The translations under genes were made by a program, and so were the position numbers. From Piromyces finnis finn (taxonomy: Eukaryota > Fungi > Neocallimastigomycota): 64,000 nt of DNA. The notes beneath the pieces were generated by a model that did no database searches, was not told the DNA's origin, and saw only the letters and a list, made by a program, of their open reading frames with translations. Location of the stretch: positions 620,001 through 684,000 of the forward strand of contig MCFH01000022.1 of the NCBI GenBank assembly GCA_002104945.1. Reading direction: 5' to 3'. Below, piece by piece: positions 27,555-45,701 of the stretch. Positions within the stretch are counted from its first letter, which is position 1. The number at the start of each line of letters is the position of its first letter.

Positions 27555-30500
27555 ATGTCAAATTTAAATATGATTAATAATGAAAACATGATAAGCTCTG
27601 GATCTTCAAATAATATATCACCCCTTATCCAACAACCCTCAATTCAAGATTCTAATGATAATAGAATTATGGAATTGAGGGTAGCAGAACAATCTCTGGA
27701 TTTTTCTAATAAAAGTTTTTCAAGGTAAATACATAATTATTAAATACATTTCAAAAATTGATAAAATAATACTTTATAGAATAACCATATCAAACTTGTT
27801 CTTTGTTTCGTTTCATTTTTATTTTAATATTGTATCTATCTATGTATAACAAACAAACAATATCTATACATATATATATACATTATTAATAACTTTATAA
27901 AACGGACATTCTATTTTTAAATATGTTTAAAATACAAAATAGAGAAGTCTACATATACCATAAAAAACAGGAAAGATTTAAAAAGACGGTAATGGGTGTA
28001 CATACTATTGTTTCAAAAAAATTGTATAGGTTATCAGATTTAACACTGGAAGAATATTTTAGAAGTCGTTGGAAAATTTCAAGGTAAATTGAAGATTTTT
28101 TTTTTTTTTTATATATGTATTGTTAATTTAAAAATTTGTGTGTGGGTGTGGGTGTGTTTTAACTTGTTCATTAATATATATATTCTGACTTGTTCATTAA
28201 TACTTTTTTTTGTTCATTGATATTTTTTTTATTTATTTAAACTTGTTCATTAATACTTTTTTTTTTTTTTTAATTATAAAATTATCGTATAATTATCCTA
28301 AAATTAATTAATTGTCTATAGAGCTCGTAAGTTTAATATTTAGCCACAAAAAAATAAAAACATTTTAAATCTCAGCTAAATGAAATTTTTATTAATTCTT
28401 CATTATTTGTATTAATTAACCTTTAATATATCCATTGCACATTATAATATAAAGAGGTGTATAGATTCCTTGATGCAGGTAAAATAAAATGTTTATTATT
28501 ATGAGAATAAAAGTCTTTTTAAAAAGTTATCATGCATTTATTATTACAAATGTATCCTTATATACATAAATTTAAAATATTAATTTTTACATATACCTAT
28601 AATATAAAAATAAATAATCCTAATGAAATATCAATTTTACCTTTAATTTTACTATAAAATAAATAGCGGAAGTATTAAAAGTAAGTAAAATAGTTTAAAT
28701 CTTTTTTTTTTTTTAGTTTTGTTGATTCTCCTTTAGGTTAATCAAAAGGCAACAACAACAGTACTAGTTATCATAATAGTATTAACATTTTTTATTTTTT
28801 AATTATAAATTAAAATAAAAATAAATTGTAACGATAGCAATTGGATGAATTTTCATTTCTTCCAAGTCATGAATTATTATGTCGTACGTTGAAACAACAT
28901 GCAAAATGTCCAGAACATATGAAATATTTATGGGAAAGTGTTTTAGGTAAGGTAGGGGATCACCTAACTTCTATTAATAGTAGTTTAATATCAAGTACGT
29001 GGATGGAATTAATAAAGGATGGTAAGGTTGTTCCATTACCACCACAACATAAGAAAACAAAGAAAAGATCACGGAAAAGTGATAGTATATCAGATGGTGA
29101 AGAAGATCATCTTTCCACGGTGAAAATTATAAAGACAAAACATCCAAATCTAAGTAATGATGAAAATAAATTAGCCTTTAATCTTTTGGAATACAATGAA
29201 AAACAAATAAATTCAAATATTAAAACAAATAATATTGGAAAACGTACAAGTAACTATAAAATAAGTAATGAAATGAATCCTAATAATGGGTATGGTATTC
29301 ATCGTGATTATTATGATGATCGTGAGCGTGATATAAATTCCCATTATGGTCCTCCTAGATCAGAATATGGTCATTCTCCAACTATGCGTTCTCATCCTTT
29401 TAACTATAATGGTATGCCGCCACGTAATTCTATGCATCTTTTCAACTCCAGTTCTAATAATTACAATTATCCAAATTATGATTTGAATTCGCCGGAACCC
29501 TATTCTAAAGGTAGAAATGATATCCCTCTATCGAATAATAAATCACAATATTATTCTCTTGATACCACAAAAAATAAGGTAAGTGTATAAGAAACAATAT
29601 TAGATAGTAGAAGAAATAGATTCAAGTGTATGGATGAAAATAATTATTGGAACAACAACAACAACAACAAAAAAAAAAAAATTAATGAATTATTCAATAA
29701 TCTTTTCTCCTCACATCTCTTCCTTTTTTTATCTTTTTTTATTTCTAGAATATTCCAAATGACCGTTATTATAATGAAGGTAGTTATCCACCAGGCGATA
29801 GAGAACCAGACGTGTATAAATTCCGTGAAAATGATCGTCATCCATTAGGAAATACTATAGACAGAAATAAGCCACAAAATCCATCCTATTTTGAAGGTAA
29901 TCGTAATATATCACCATCTCTAAATAATGTGCCAAATGGTCATCCATCCAAACCTGGAGGTTCAGATCATGATCATTATGCCAATTATGATTTAAATCCT
30001 CAAGAATTAAGAAACCCTATGAATGATCCAATCCGTCCACCATACAAATCCGAACCTATAGCATCAAGTCAAAGATCATCACCTCGTCCTTATCTTGACG
30101 GTAATTGTGCCACTCCAAATGATCGTTATTATGATGATTATAATAATGCGAGAAACAACAATACTACTTTGTACAAATACCACGGCGATTCTAATGACAA
30201 GATAAATCATAATGGCTATAATCCATCCAATAAAATAGGAATGAACAGACCAGTATCGCCTGTAAGCATGAATGCCTCCCTTGTTTCAAGAAGTGAATAT
30301 TCATTATCCAATAAATCAGAAGTTTATGATAATAGTATTGATAGCAATTCCAAAAGAATTAAGCCATCCTATTATTATCCACATCCACCATCACCTACTC
30401 TAACCAGAGATACAAATTCCGTAAAGTATAATGAACCCTCGGTTAAAACAAATATTAAATATATTTCTTCCCCTATCAATAATGAAGTTAATCCACGTAG

Positions 30501-30639
30501 TTCTGAACTTAACGATAGTCGTAACCCAAATTCAAATCTTCCAAATCACTCCAAGACCGTTCTTAATTCCATTCTACCTAGTACAACAGAAAGTATGGAG
30601 AGAAATGGTACAGAGTATAGAAATTTAAGCAAGAGTTAT

Positions 30640-30670
<31 letters not shown>

Positions 30671-31917
30671 TCCCAAATGATCGTTATTACAAGACTAATG
30701 AGCCCGTAAGAAGTCATCTCAATAATGCTAGTAATGTCAATGCAACTCTTACGACGACAGTGACAACTACACCATCATCTCAAATAGACACTATGAAAAA
30801 TGGTTTTTCAGATGCTAGAGGATCCACACCTACTACCTTCAATCAAGATCCAAGATATACCACCAGAAATGAAGACTATCCTAAAAATGGACCATCCAAA
30901 TTTATACCACCTCATCAACTTACATCACCTCATAGCAGTCAAAATATCATTAGTCATCAAGGAAGTCATAATTTTTCTGAGGATACGGTTCAACCCTATT
31001 CCGCCAAAAGAGTAAATTATTCACCAACCCTTGGCATTAATTCACAGACTGATCCAAATCGGTTTAGTTTATACAAATTAAATTCTCAGCCAAATTCCAT
31101 AAGAAATCCATCACCGACCCTTCCTCCATTTTCTGTATTAAATAGTCAAGAGGTAAAAAAAAAAAAAAATAAAATTTTTTTAATTATTATAAAAAAAAAA
31201 AAAAAAAAAGAATAGGTTGATTAAATCATTTTTCTCATTCTTTTCTAAATCCTTTCTATATGTATATAATGATGAATAAAAACGCTCTATTTATTTCAAC
31301 ATTATTATTTATTATCTCCATATTATACATCATACCTTATTATTTTATATTTATATCTTTAAAAATTTTATTATTGTTGTATATAGTCATATAAAAATTC
31401 ATCGTCACTCTATTCAGACGTCCATAAAAATGAAAATAAAAATGAGCCATCTTCCTTTGATTATCGACAGGAAAATAGTAGTAATAACAACCAAAACAAC
31501 AACAACAACAACAGCAGCAATAATAATAGTGTAAGACGACCATTTAATGAAAATCCACCAGCAAATACTAATTTTAATGACTACAATTATCATCAACCAC
31601 CCATTCATAGTGGATCCCAAGTTACCAAAAGTAATCCAAGGGAACTTAATACCTTTCAAAATCCAGAACTTAATTTAAAGAGAAATGAAATACCCCATTA
31701 TTACCCAGGAAACGGAATACCATCAACAACAAATAAAAATGTAACAGGAGTTGAAACAAGACCAATCACCACTCTAGCAGGAACAATAAATCGAATAGAA
31801 AAGTATTCAGAGGATAGATTTTCCACAGCTAATAATAATAGTCAGCATCATCATCCTATCAACAATCCTATAAATAAAACTGGAAATGAAATTTTAACAG
31901 GAAATCCAAATTATTAT

Positions 31918-31960
<43 letters not shown>

Positions 31961-32040
31961 GCAGCAGCAGCAGCAGCAACAACAACAACAATAATAATAG
32001 AAATGGTAATAATGGAAGATATTATCATAGTTTTAAATAA
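27555..32040 (+). CDS. Uncharacterised ~1045-aa protein: small folded N-terminal region, basic NLS-like segment, long P/S/N/Y-rich disordered region
   Basis: Exons 27555-27724, 27943-28083, 28465-28478, 28667-28680, 28838-29578, 29749-31152 and 31387-32040 join in one frame (3138 nt including TAA). KKTKKRSRK follows the folded part. I recognise no family. Confidence 0.75.
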
Positions 32041-35000
32041 ATTTATTCATTCTTTCTATTTTGGTTATTATCTCTTTAGGAGTTAGATCATGGAATATAT
32101 ATACATATATCTCTTTTTATTTATATATTTTTTTTTAAATAAAATCCAATGTTTTACAAAGATAAAAAAAAAATACAGCTAAATTATGATTTATTCATTT
32201 AAGCAAAGGAACAAATATCAATAGGAAACAAACTTTTTTCATATGGAACATTGGATAAAAACATAAAATTCAATTTATTATATATGAAAAATATTTTAGA
32301 AAAAAAGTTTTATTAAAAAAAAAAAAAAAAAAAGGAAAAAACATATCTATAAACAGGATATTTATGTAAAAAAAAAAACAAAAACTTTTTTTCTTCTTCA
32401 ATTTTATTATTATTATTATTATTACCCGATATCAAAAGTTGAAAAAAAAAATAAAATCTTTTTATTTTTGTAAAAGATTTTTTTTTCTTCTTTTTCTATA
32501 TATATATATATTTTTCTATATATATATATATATATTTACTTTATAATTATTTAGTTAAAGCTTTATTTTTTCTTTATATTTCTTTTTATTAATATTATAA
32601 ATTTATAAAATGATAAAAGTACAATAAATACAATTTTTTTTTTTCTTTAAAAAAAAAAAAGAGTTTATTCAACAAAAAACAAAAAAGGAAAATCAAAAGT
32701 CAACCAACAACAAAATCAACAAAAAAAAAAAAAAGTAAATCTATAATGACAACAGGATGGATTTAATTTTACCTGTTTAAGCTTTAGATATACAAGCTTT
32801 TTTATTTTTTAATTTTTTAAATCTAATATTTTTATATAATATATACATATACTTTAAATATTTTATATTTATATATATATTTATATAATATACGATATAC
32901 GATATATACAATACATATATATACATATATATACATATAATACATCTATAGGTCTAATAAATATTTATAAACTCTATAAATTCATATGACTTTTTTTTTT
33001 TAATTCATGTATATACCTTTTTTTTTTTTTAAAAAAAAAGATATTAGGATCAATATAAATATAATATATTATCATTATATTTATTTAAACACAAACCATT
33101 TTTTTTTAATTGAAGTTTTATTAAATCTTCAATATAAATTAATTAAAAATTGTACATTATTTTTTATTATTATTATTAGTAGTATTTATTTTAATAACTT
33201 TATTTTAAATAAAGCAAATAAAGAAAAAAAAAAAAAAAACCCAAACCAACGCAATAGAACAAGTCTACTTTAAAAGCAACAAAACATTTTTAGTACTATC
33301 TCCAAAACAATTTCATTACAATTTAAAAAAAAAAAAAAAGTTTTCTTTTTAAAAAATAATTATAAATTTTTTCTTTTTTTTTTTTTTAAATGAAGGAATG
33401 ATGTTCATATTCCATCCATCAATGAAAATCATACACCATGAAAACTTTACGTATTTTTATTGGTAAAAAAAAAAAAAAAAGAATATTATTTGAATTTATA
33501 ATACTAGCAATCATTATTCATATACAACTTACTCGTTATCATCATCATCATCATCATTTAACAAATGGACACAAATAGAATTAAGAATGAACTAGAATTA
33601 TAATTAACAAGATTAAGGGTAAAATTGTAAAATTATAAAAAATTGTAGATAAAAAAAAAACAACAAAATAATAAAAATTTTTAAAAAGTTTAAACTTGAT
33701 TTGTTCAATTAAACCTAAAGTTTAACCTTAAAAAATTTTTGATTAACCTTAAAAATTCTATGGATTATTTCCTTTTTTGGTTTTATTACGTTTTAATTAT
33801 TTGGTACAAATAAATTTAAAAATGTATACATTAAAAAGGATTTTTTTTTTTTCAATTTTATATAAAAGTAAAGACAGCCATTGATAAAAGCAATTATTTA
33901 ATATAACAAAGCCTATTATTATAATAGTATTGTAATAGCATTGTATTAAATTTATGATTTAAAGGAATAATTATTTTTATGGATAATTAGAATAAGAAAA
34001 AAAAAAAAAAAAAAAGAAAAGGTAAAATTGGATTATCCATTGTATATTAATAAATTATTTTTTTTTTCAATGTAATTATGGATAAACCTTATAACTATCA
34101 TGATGAATCAGAAAAAGAAATAAAAAAACAAAAACATTTCTTTTTTATAAAAAAAAAAAAGTCTATATTTTTTTTTATTATAAATTTCTTTTTTTTTTTT
34201 AAATAAAAATTTATTTTTTTTATTTTTCTCATATTTTAAATTAAAATTATTAAAATTGATGGTAATTTAATTGAAAATTAAAGAAAGCTTTAATTTTTAA
34301 TTTGTTTACCAAAAAAAAATTTAGCCAAAAAAAAAATCTATGGCTAAGTAGTCAAAAAAAAAATGGAGAAACTCTACATTTAAAATCATAGAAAAAAATA
34401 AAAATAAAAATAAAAAAAAAAGAAGAAGTAAAAATAAATAATGAATTTTTTTTTTAAAAAAAAAAAAAAGAAAAGAGGAAAAATAATTATAGGATATTTA
34501 GGAAAGATAAAAAAAAAAGAAAAAAAATTTTTAAAGTTTATTTAAATTTTATAAATATTATTATTTTAATTTATTTATATATATATATTAATTAATTAAT
34601 TAAAAATATAATTTTAGTTTTTTTTTTTTTTTTATTATTATTGTTGCTTTTAATTAACATATAAAAGTTTGAAAAGGGCATTTTTATTTAAAAAAAAAAA
34701 AAAGTTTATATATAAAAAGTTCATTTTATAAATAAATAAATAATAATAAAAAAAAAAATTTTAAAGTTGGTTCAATGCATTAATTAAACTTTTTTCTATT
34801 TAAAATTTAATAAAATTAAATTAAAAATAATTACATTAATTAAATATTATTTTACATTACATAAATCATTGGATGATAATAAAAGTTGATTTTTTTAAAA
34901 GGAAAAGTGATAGTAGAAGGAAGGAAGGAAAAACCTATTTTAATTATATAATCCGAGGGAATTTATAATTTCTTTTTTTTTTTTTTTTACAATAAATGTA

Positions 35001-35613
35001 AAGGTAAAAAGAATAAGTAGAAAGAGAAAAGAAAGTTTGTAATGATTCCTTTTTTTTTTTTTTTTTATATTTTATATTTTATTTCATTATTGTATTCTAT
35101 TTTTTTAATTGCTGATGGTGGTCATATTTAAAATTAATTCTTTCAAATGAAAATTGAAATTTTTTGGTTTAATGATACTTTATCCAAAATGGCGATCCTC
35201 TATTTTATTTCTTTTTTTTTTTTTTTTATTAGTATTATTATATAATACAATGGGGAGGAGTGGAAGGGGGGGATAAAATATTTATGTATTTATTTATTTA
35301 TTTATTATATTATGGTAATAAACCATAGAAAGTGTTTTTTTTTTTTTATTTTATAATTAAAAAAAAAAAAAAAGAGGGTTTATTAATATGAGTAATGAAA
35401 CAAAAAGGAATGAATGAATGAATGAAAAATAAATAATAATAATAATAATAGAAAAAAATAGAGATAGATAGAGATAGATATAAAACGAGGAGGGTTTTTT
35501 TTTTTTTTTTTTTTTAATATTAATTAATTTCTTTTATTATTAGACATTATTTATTATGCCTTTTTTTTTTTTTTTTTTTTCGCAAGTAAAATAGAGATAA
35601 TGATACCTTTCTT

Positions 35614-36827
35614 TTAAAGTGTGATATCTTTTGGTAATTCAAAAGTATTATTAACAATATGATCTCTTAATGGTGCAAAGAGTGGTGTATTTTCACCAAC
35701 TTCTATTAAATGAATTCTACCTTGGAAAATATAAACTACTCTTAAAACTTTTTCTTTACCAAAACATGGATCGTAAAAACCAATTAAACTTGACTATTTT
35801 TTGTTTGTTTGTTTGTTTGTTTTCCCCAACAAATAGTATCGCCATTAAAATATATAAATAGATCATTTGGTGGTGGTGGATTGAGATTAAAAAAAAAAAA
35901 AAAAAAAAAATTAGTATCGAAAAAAAAGGATCCCAATTATAATTTATATAAATGTGGATACAAATAATACTACTATTGTTGACGAGAAAGAAAAAATTAA
36001 ACTATTTTATATACCTTTGAATAACTTCCTAAATGAAGTTGTGATTTATTAACCATGTTTTGTAATGGTATGGTGACATCAATAATTTCATCGGGAAGTG
36101 GTTTATTAGGTTGATTTTGTTGATAGGTTAATTTTTTCATCTTTTTTAATAATTTAGCATCACCGTATAAGCCTTCAATAATAATTAAACCATCATTTTG
36201 TTTTTCTATATTAATCTTTTTTTCAATTGTTTCTGACATTAAACGAATAGATTCTTCGGCTTCCTTCTTTCTTTGAGCTAATATATCAGAATTGGCCGTT
36301 TTTATGATATCAATTTTTCTAAACGAAGGAATAAATAAAAAGGATACCCGAATATTTACCCATATATTTTAAAAAAGAAATAGATACATAAATATAGGAA
36401 TAAAATAAGCAAAAAATTAAAAAAAAAAAAAAATAATATTACTGAAAATGTCGTTTTTTTTTTTTTTCCCCTTACCTTTTTAAATCATTCTTTTGATATG
36501 GAATTAATACATATTGATTAAAGAAATAGACTGCGGATAATGGAATAATAGAACCCCAGAATAAAACGTGGATAGTTAAATCGTGTGATATAATAATTGG
36601 AAGAGTAATAGTTTGTCCTAATCTACTATATCTATTAATGGAAAAAAAAAAATTTTTTTTTTTGAAAAGATATAAAATTATGAATCCTTATTAGTATCTT
36701 ATCATAGTAATAGTTTTTATTCTTATGCTAATAATTATTAGATTATTTGGATTATAATTCATTTTAAAAACATTTATTTTTTTTTTTTTTATTATTTGGG
36801 AAGCAATGGAAATGTGTCAATGAAATA

Positions 36828-36864
<37 letters not shown>

Positions 36865-37581
36865 TAAATTACCTTAGTTGTACAGAAAAACCAGCAATAG
36901 AAGAACAATTTAAACCAAAGCCGACACCACTAAATTTGGTGACTTTTCTATCAAAAGCTACGCCAAAGTTACCACCAGAGAATGAGGATAGTAATGCATG
37001 TAATTTTAATCTTAAATGTTTAGTTAAACTTTTAGCGTAGGATAATCTAATATGACTTTCCATTAATCCAACCTTTTGATGTTAAGAATAAACCAAAATG
37101 GGGATAATATATTTATAATAAAGATGATAATAATAGTTCATTAGAAATATTTTTTTAATTGAATTTTTTTTTTTATAATTATCAATTCATAGTATAGTGG
37201 TGGTCATCCTCAATCAACGTACAGTCACTGATCCTTGAATATTGGTTTTTCCTTTTCTTCTGATTAATGTGAGAGTAACAGAACTAGCTTCTCCTGGTTT
37301 TTGTTTTTTGCCCCATTGACCTAATGAATAATGACCTGTATTATATGAAATCATACCGGTATAATTAGGTGAAATTTGTCTTCCAGCAACAAAAGTAAAG
37401 TTTGGTGGTGCATCAACAGTTGACATAGTAGCTGTTGAAGTAATAAAACTAGTAACATAAAATTTCGAAAAATAAAATGGAATAAAAATAGAAATAGAAT
37501 AAAATTAAAATTAGTTATGAAATGTTATAATATACCTTTTTTTTTTTTTTTTTAATTTATTATTATTATTATCTTTCAAGC

Positions 37582-37636
<55 letters not shown>

Positions 37637-37666
37637 TAGATACGTTATATATATAAAAGATAATAA

Positions 37667-37716
<50 letters not shown>

Positions 37717-39325
37717 TTAATAATAATAATAATAATAATAATGGATTTATTTCAAATTTTAAATAAATAAAATTTTCCTTTTAATTCATTAAAAATTACT
37801 TACCAATCGGATGTGAAATTTTTTATAACTCTTCCTTGGATATAAGGTTGAGAACCGAGACAAGTTGATACTTCGGTGACTAAGGAAGAATTAATAGTAT
37901 GACTTAAAGTACCAATGACACTAACAATATTCATTCCTTGATGAGAAAATGCTTGTCCTGTGAAATTTATAGAATCTTTTGGAGTGATATCGTTCTTAGA
38001 GATGAAAAAAGGATTAATTATTTATACATATTATCAAAATTAATGATGACAAGAGAAATATTTTCATAAAAAAAAAAAAAAAAAAAAAAATTAATACGGG
38101 CATCAAAATTTTTGTTTAATCTAAAATAGCATTGATAGATAATCTTTTACTGAACAACTTTTTAATTTAAATTATTTTATTTTTTCTTTATTTTACCTGC
38201 CATGAATGGAAAATTAAGGTATTTTGAAGAATTGGTAAATGTAAGAGTTCCGCGAGTCCTCTAGTCACTGGTTTTGGTGGTGGTGGTGGATGTGCTGGCA
38301 TAGGATGCTTGCCATAGTGTGGATAGATGTGAGGTTGATTTGGTGCTACATAATGTGGTGACATAGGTTGACGAACTTGACCAGAGGCATCAAAAGTTAA
38401 TTTTATTTCACCTCTTGACTTTAATATATGTTCTAATTCCATTTCTTTTTTAAATTTTACTTGACTTTCAAATTCACTGAGAATCTATTTTTTTTTTTTT
38501 TTTAAATATTCCAATAATTTAAATTTCAAAAATTGAAATTTCATTTTTTATATGATAATTGAATATATTTTAATGATAAAGAAAAAATATATAAAAGTTC
38601 ATAATTTAGATAAAATATTTCATAGCTGCATATATATATATTGTAGGTTAAAATAATTACTTGTTCTGGGGTTTTATATAAAGGTCCAATATCCCAAGTT
38701 TTATCTAAACCTTTTTCTCCATATTTATCATAAATAATTTTATTCTTAGTATTTCCTAAAACTATAAATAATGTAGTTTATTATTTCGTTTTAAAAATTT
38801 TCAAAGTATATTTTATGATATAAAAGATGGGAAAGAAAAGAAAAATGTATTAGATATATCTATATTTGACAATATTTAGTATTCTATATTTCGAAATATA
38901 CTATCATAAGCTTTATTAATTTTTTGAAATTCTCTTTGGGCTACTGTTTTATTGATATCTGATGAATGCTTATCTGGGTGGTATAATATACATAATTTTT
39001 TGTATGCATTTTTAATTTCATCTTGAGTAGCCTGCGTATATAGCAATAACAATTAATTGAATTAATAATAATATTAATTAATTTTTTCTTTCATAATTAT
39101 TCAAGGGTTTTATATAAACTTTTAAATTAGTATATGTTTACTATTAATTTTATTTTTTCTTAAAATAACTCTTACAGTTTTTGGAACATTAAGAATGGCA
39201 TAATAATCCATTCCGGTTTGATTTTTTTCGATAAAATCGTCTAAATCCTCGACTTCATCTTCAACTATATTTTCTTTGGTATCTGAATAAGGATCATAAT
39301 TATTAAATTGTTCGTTTTCATTCAT
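35614..39325 (-). CDS. DNAJC11: DnaJ homolog subfamily C member 11 (J domain plus C-terminal DUF3395-type domain)
   Basis: Multi-exon gene (39325-39176, 39031-38902, 38761-38661, 38484-38197 and further exons down to 35614). J domain: DYYAILNVPKT|ATQDEIKNAYKKLCIIYHPDKH, then IYDKYGEKGL and SRGEIKLTFDAS. C-terminus: GLIIIEGLYG...IIDVTIPLQNMV...LIGFYDPCFGKEKVLRVVYIF. These match DNAJC11 as I recall it. Stop at 35614-35616. Confidence 0.9.
37581..37740. repeat. Compound (TAT)n/(TAC)n/(AAT)n microsatellite in a DNAJC11 intron
   Basis: Read directly from the sequence. Confidence 0.9.
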
Positions 39326-40902
39326 TTTTTATTCAACTAAATAGTGTGGATAAAAATAAAAGAAAAATAAATAATATTGTTATAAAGTTGAAAATAAATA
39401 AAAGATTTGTTAATAAATAAATAAAAAAAAAAAAATTTAAAGTTGTTTAATTTTTTGAAACATTTATTACAAATAAATTTTTAATTTTATCATTATTTAT
39501 TATATATACATATACTATATTGTTGTTAATTATTATGACATTTATTTTTATAAATGTTGATATGAAAAAAAAAATAATAGTAATTTGTTTATTTTTATTC
39601 TTAATCAAAGTTAAATGGGTTTGAACTAGCCCCTTAATAATATTTATAGTGTGTTAAAAAGTATTCTTACTTTTTTCAAATTTATTATTAATATTGTATT
39701 TTTATTTGATAAACTAAAACTTGAATATGAATAAATATATATTGATAACTACAAGGAAATGTGTTTAATTTTTCTTAAAAAGATAAAAAAAAAGAAAAAA
39801 TGATGTTGAATTTATTGATTATTCCAAAATTAAAATTTAAAAACCAACTTCTTTCATTTAAATATTATTGGTTGGAAAATATTTCTTTTCCAGAGAATGC
39901 TTCTTTTAAAATTATTATATTTCTTTTATATATATATATATTTTTTTTTTTCTCTTTTATATTTTTTTATATTTCTTTCTTTTTTTTTTTCTTTAATTTA
40001 ATAATTTCTTTAAAAAAAAAAAAAAAAAATCAAACCATTTCTCAATTTCCAAAAAGAGTTTAAAAAAAAAAAAAATTAGTATTAAAGTTTTTATATATAA
40101 TATATATAATTTTCAAAAATTAAACTTTTGGAAAAAATTAAAATTTTACACAAATTCTACCACGAATAAAGCAGGAATTATGCTTCAATTTTACCAGCAA
40201 TTTTTTCTTTTTTTTTAATGTATTGCGCATTAATACATTAATGTATATCTGATCAATAATGTAATGTAATTTAAATTTTAAATTTTAAAATAAAAAATGG
40301 TTGGTTAAAAATTCTTCAAGGTTTTAAAAAAGAGAGAGAAAAATCGTTTTATGAAAGTATTTGAATTCTCAAAAAATAAAAATAAAAATAAAAATAAAAA
40401 ATAATAATATAAACATCTTTTGTTTAAATAGTATGGAACATACCTTTTATTTAAATAATTAATTATTATCTTTATTAAAATACTTTGTTTTATTTTTCAG
40501 TTATTAAAAATTTTTATTAAATTTTAATCCATAAAAAATTAATTAATTAAAAATAAAAAAACAACTGTTGAAGTGAAAACAGAGAACAAATAAAAAAAAA
40601 TTTTTTTTTCTTCTTTCCTAAACAATAAAACTTGTAATTATAATAAATAAATAAAAAAGAAAAAGAGTTAACAACAATATACAAAAAAAAAAGTATTATT
40701 CATCAATTATTATAAATATTATAAATATTAATATAATCAAATTATCATTATTATATTATTATTATAAAATTTTATTCTAGTTTTTTTTTTACACTCATAC
40801 TTATCAATATCTCTTTTGTTTTCTTTTTTCTTTTTTTTTAATTTTTATTATTAATTGTTATGAAACTATTGATATTGATATATATATTCATTAAAATAGA
40901 AT

Positions 40903-43687
<2,785 letters not shown>

Positions 43688-43912
43688 AATATTTATACTT
43701 AATCTTTATGAAAAAAAAAAATAAATAAATAAATTAGTAGGAAGAATAAGTAACAGTAATAATAATAATTAATATTAATCATAGCAATAATTTTAAAATG
43801 ATAAATCTACTATAAATCATCATCATCATCATCATCATCATCAAATTTCATTGATATTCAATAGACTCCATATTATAAAATATAAAAATTATTTTATTCT
43901 CCTATTGAAATC

Positions 43913-43948
<36 letters not shown>

Positions 43949-44689
43949 GTTTTTATAAAAAAATAATAAAAAAAAACTTATATCCAAATATTTTAATTTA
44001 TAAACAATATCTTTTCATTTTGGTCATTTAAAAATAATAATTGTAATCACGTAAAAAAATAATATATATACAATAAGAACAATTACAATAAAAACAATAA
44101 AATATATTTATAATAATTATTTTTATGGTTATTTTATTATTTTAAATATCATATATTTATATATTTTTATGTATTTGTTAAAAACCTTTTCTGTATTATT
44201 TTTGTTTTAATGCTTGCTTTTTAATATTTATAAATAATGAATTATAGTATATTGAATTTTCTCTCTCCCTCTTATATATATATATATATATAAACTATTA
44301 AATAAAAATAAATATTTATAAAAAAAAAAATAAATTATATTTTAAAATGTATTCTTTTATATATATATATATTATGTATAAAATTAATGTTGTTTATATT
44401 TGGTGTGATGCCTATGCCAAAATAATATTAAATATATATTTTATTGAAAAAAAAAAAAATTGAATTTTGAATAAAAATATTAGGTGTACTTTTTTTTTTT
44501 TTAGTGTTTATCTCTTTTGAATATATAAATTTTGTTTAAACTTTATAGGTGCGGATATATAATTTTTAAAAATAATAATAATAAAAAAAAAAAAAAAATT
44601 AAATAATATTGCTATTTTGAATTATTATATTTTAGAAAAAAAAAAAGTTATTGTTGTAATGAAATAAATTGGTATTTCTTTTTTTTTTT

Positions 44690-45701
44690 TTAATCTTCAG
44701 GTTCTTCTTCATTAGGGAATGTCCACACAAATTTTCTACCTCCAACTGGTTTTAAATAATCTGTTAAACCATTTAACTCCAATACCCAATCACTATTTTC
44801 ATCTTTTTGTGTTAGTTTTAATAATGAACATACACCACATCGTATATATGCTGATTTATCCTTTAATAAATTTCTTGCAACCTGTGAAAAATTATATTAT
44901 TATTACATTGAGTTGATTATAAATTTAAAGAATAATGAATGAGAATGGATTATGAATGGATTATAAATGGAATTGATATTAATTAATATAATAATAATAT
45001 TTATATTTATAAATAAGGATGTTTAAATTTAATAATATAAAATATATAAATAATAAAAAAAATAGTCAATATTAGTATTATTAGTATTATTAGTATAATC
45101 TAATAATATACATTATATATTTTAATGTTTTTTTTTTTTTTTTTTGATAAATATAAATGTATCTATATATAAATATAGAATTTACCATAATTGCTGAAGC
45201 CGCATGACAAACAAATAAGAATTCTTGGTCCTTTTTATCATCTTTAGAAGCAAAAGTATCAAACAGTACTTGTAATGTTTTTCCAACTCTATCGTACATT
45301 TCATCCTTTGGTTCAGCTATAGTGGTTATTTCAACATTTGGTTTATAGGATTTATCTATAAATGGGAAAAATTCAATTAATTTATTAAATGGTGCAGGTT
45401 TTGGTATAAAGGTAGCATAGTTCGGTGAACCACCATACCAGTCACTTAAACCACTTTCAACTTCAATTTTTAAATTTAAGGTATCGGCAACTCTAGTTGC
45501 AGTTTGTAAAGTTCTAAAAAAGGGTGAAGAAAATATATAATCTATATGAGCATTTTCTTTAAGATAATTAGCTAATAACTGACTTTGAATTAAACCTTCC
45601 TCTGCTAATGGTGGGTCATAAACAAAACCTGATTTTGAAGGTGTTGGTACACCAGTTAAATGATCTTGACGAGTTCCATGTCTAGTAATGTATATGGTTT
45701 T

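Noticed and set aside
27943-28083. WOPR/Gti1-Pac2 DNA-binding domain in the orphan protein (KKT.. motif)
   Set aside because: The WOPRa signature (W.DG..W..SR) is absent. The similarity is limited to a few residues.
44715-44745. Suspected frameshift near the end of the histidine phosphatase
   Set aside because: Careful re-reading gives a continuous frame, GGRKFVWTFPNEEEPED*.
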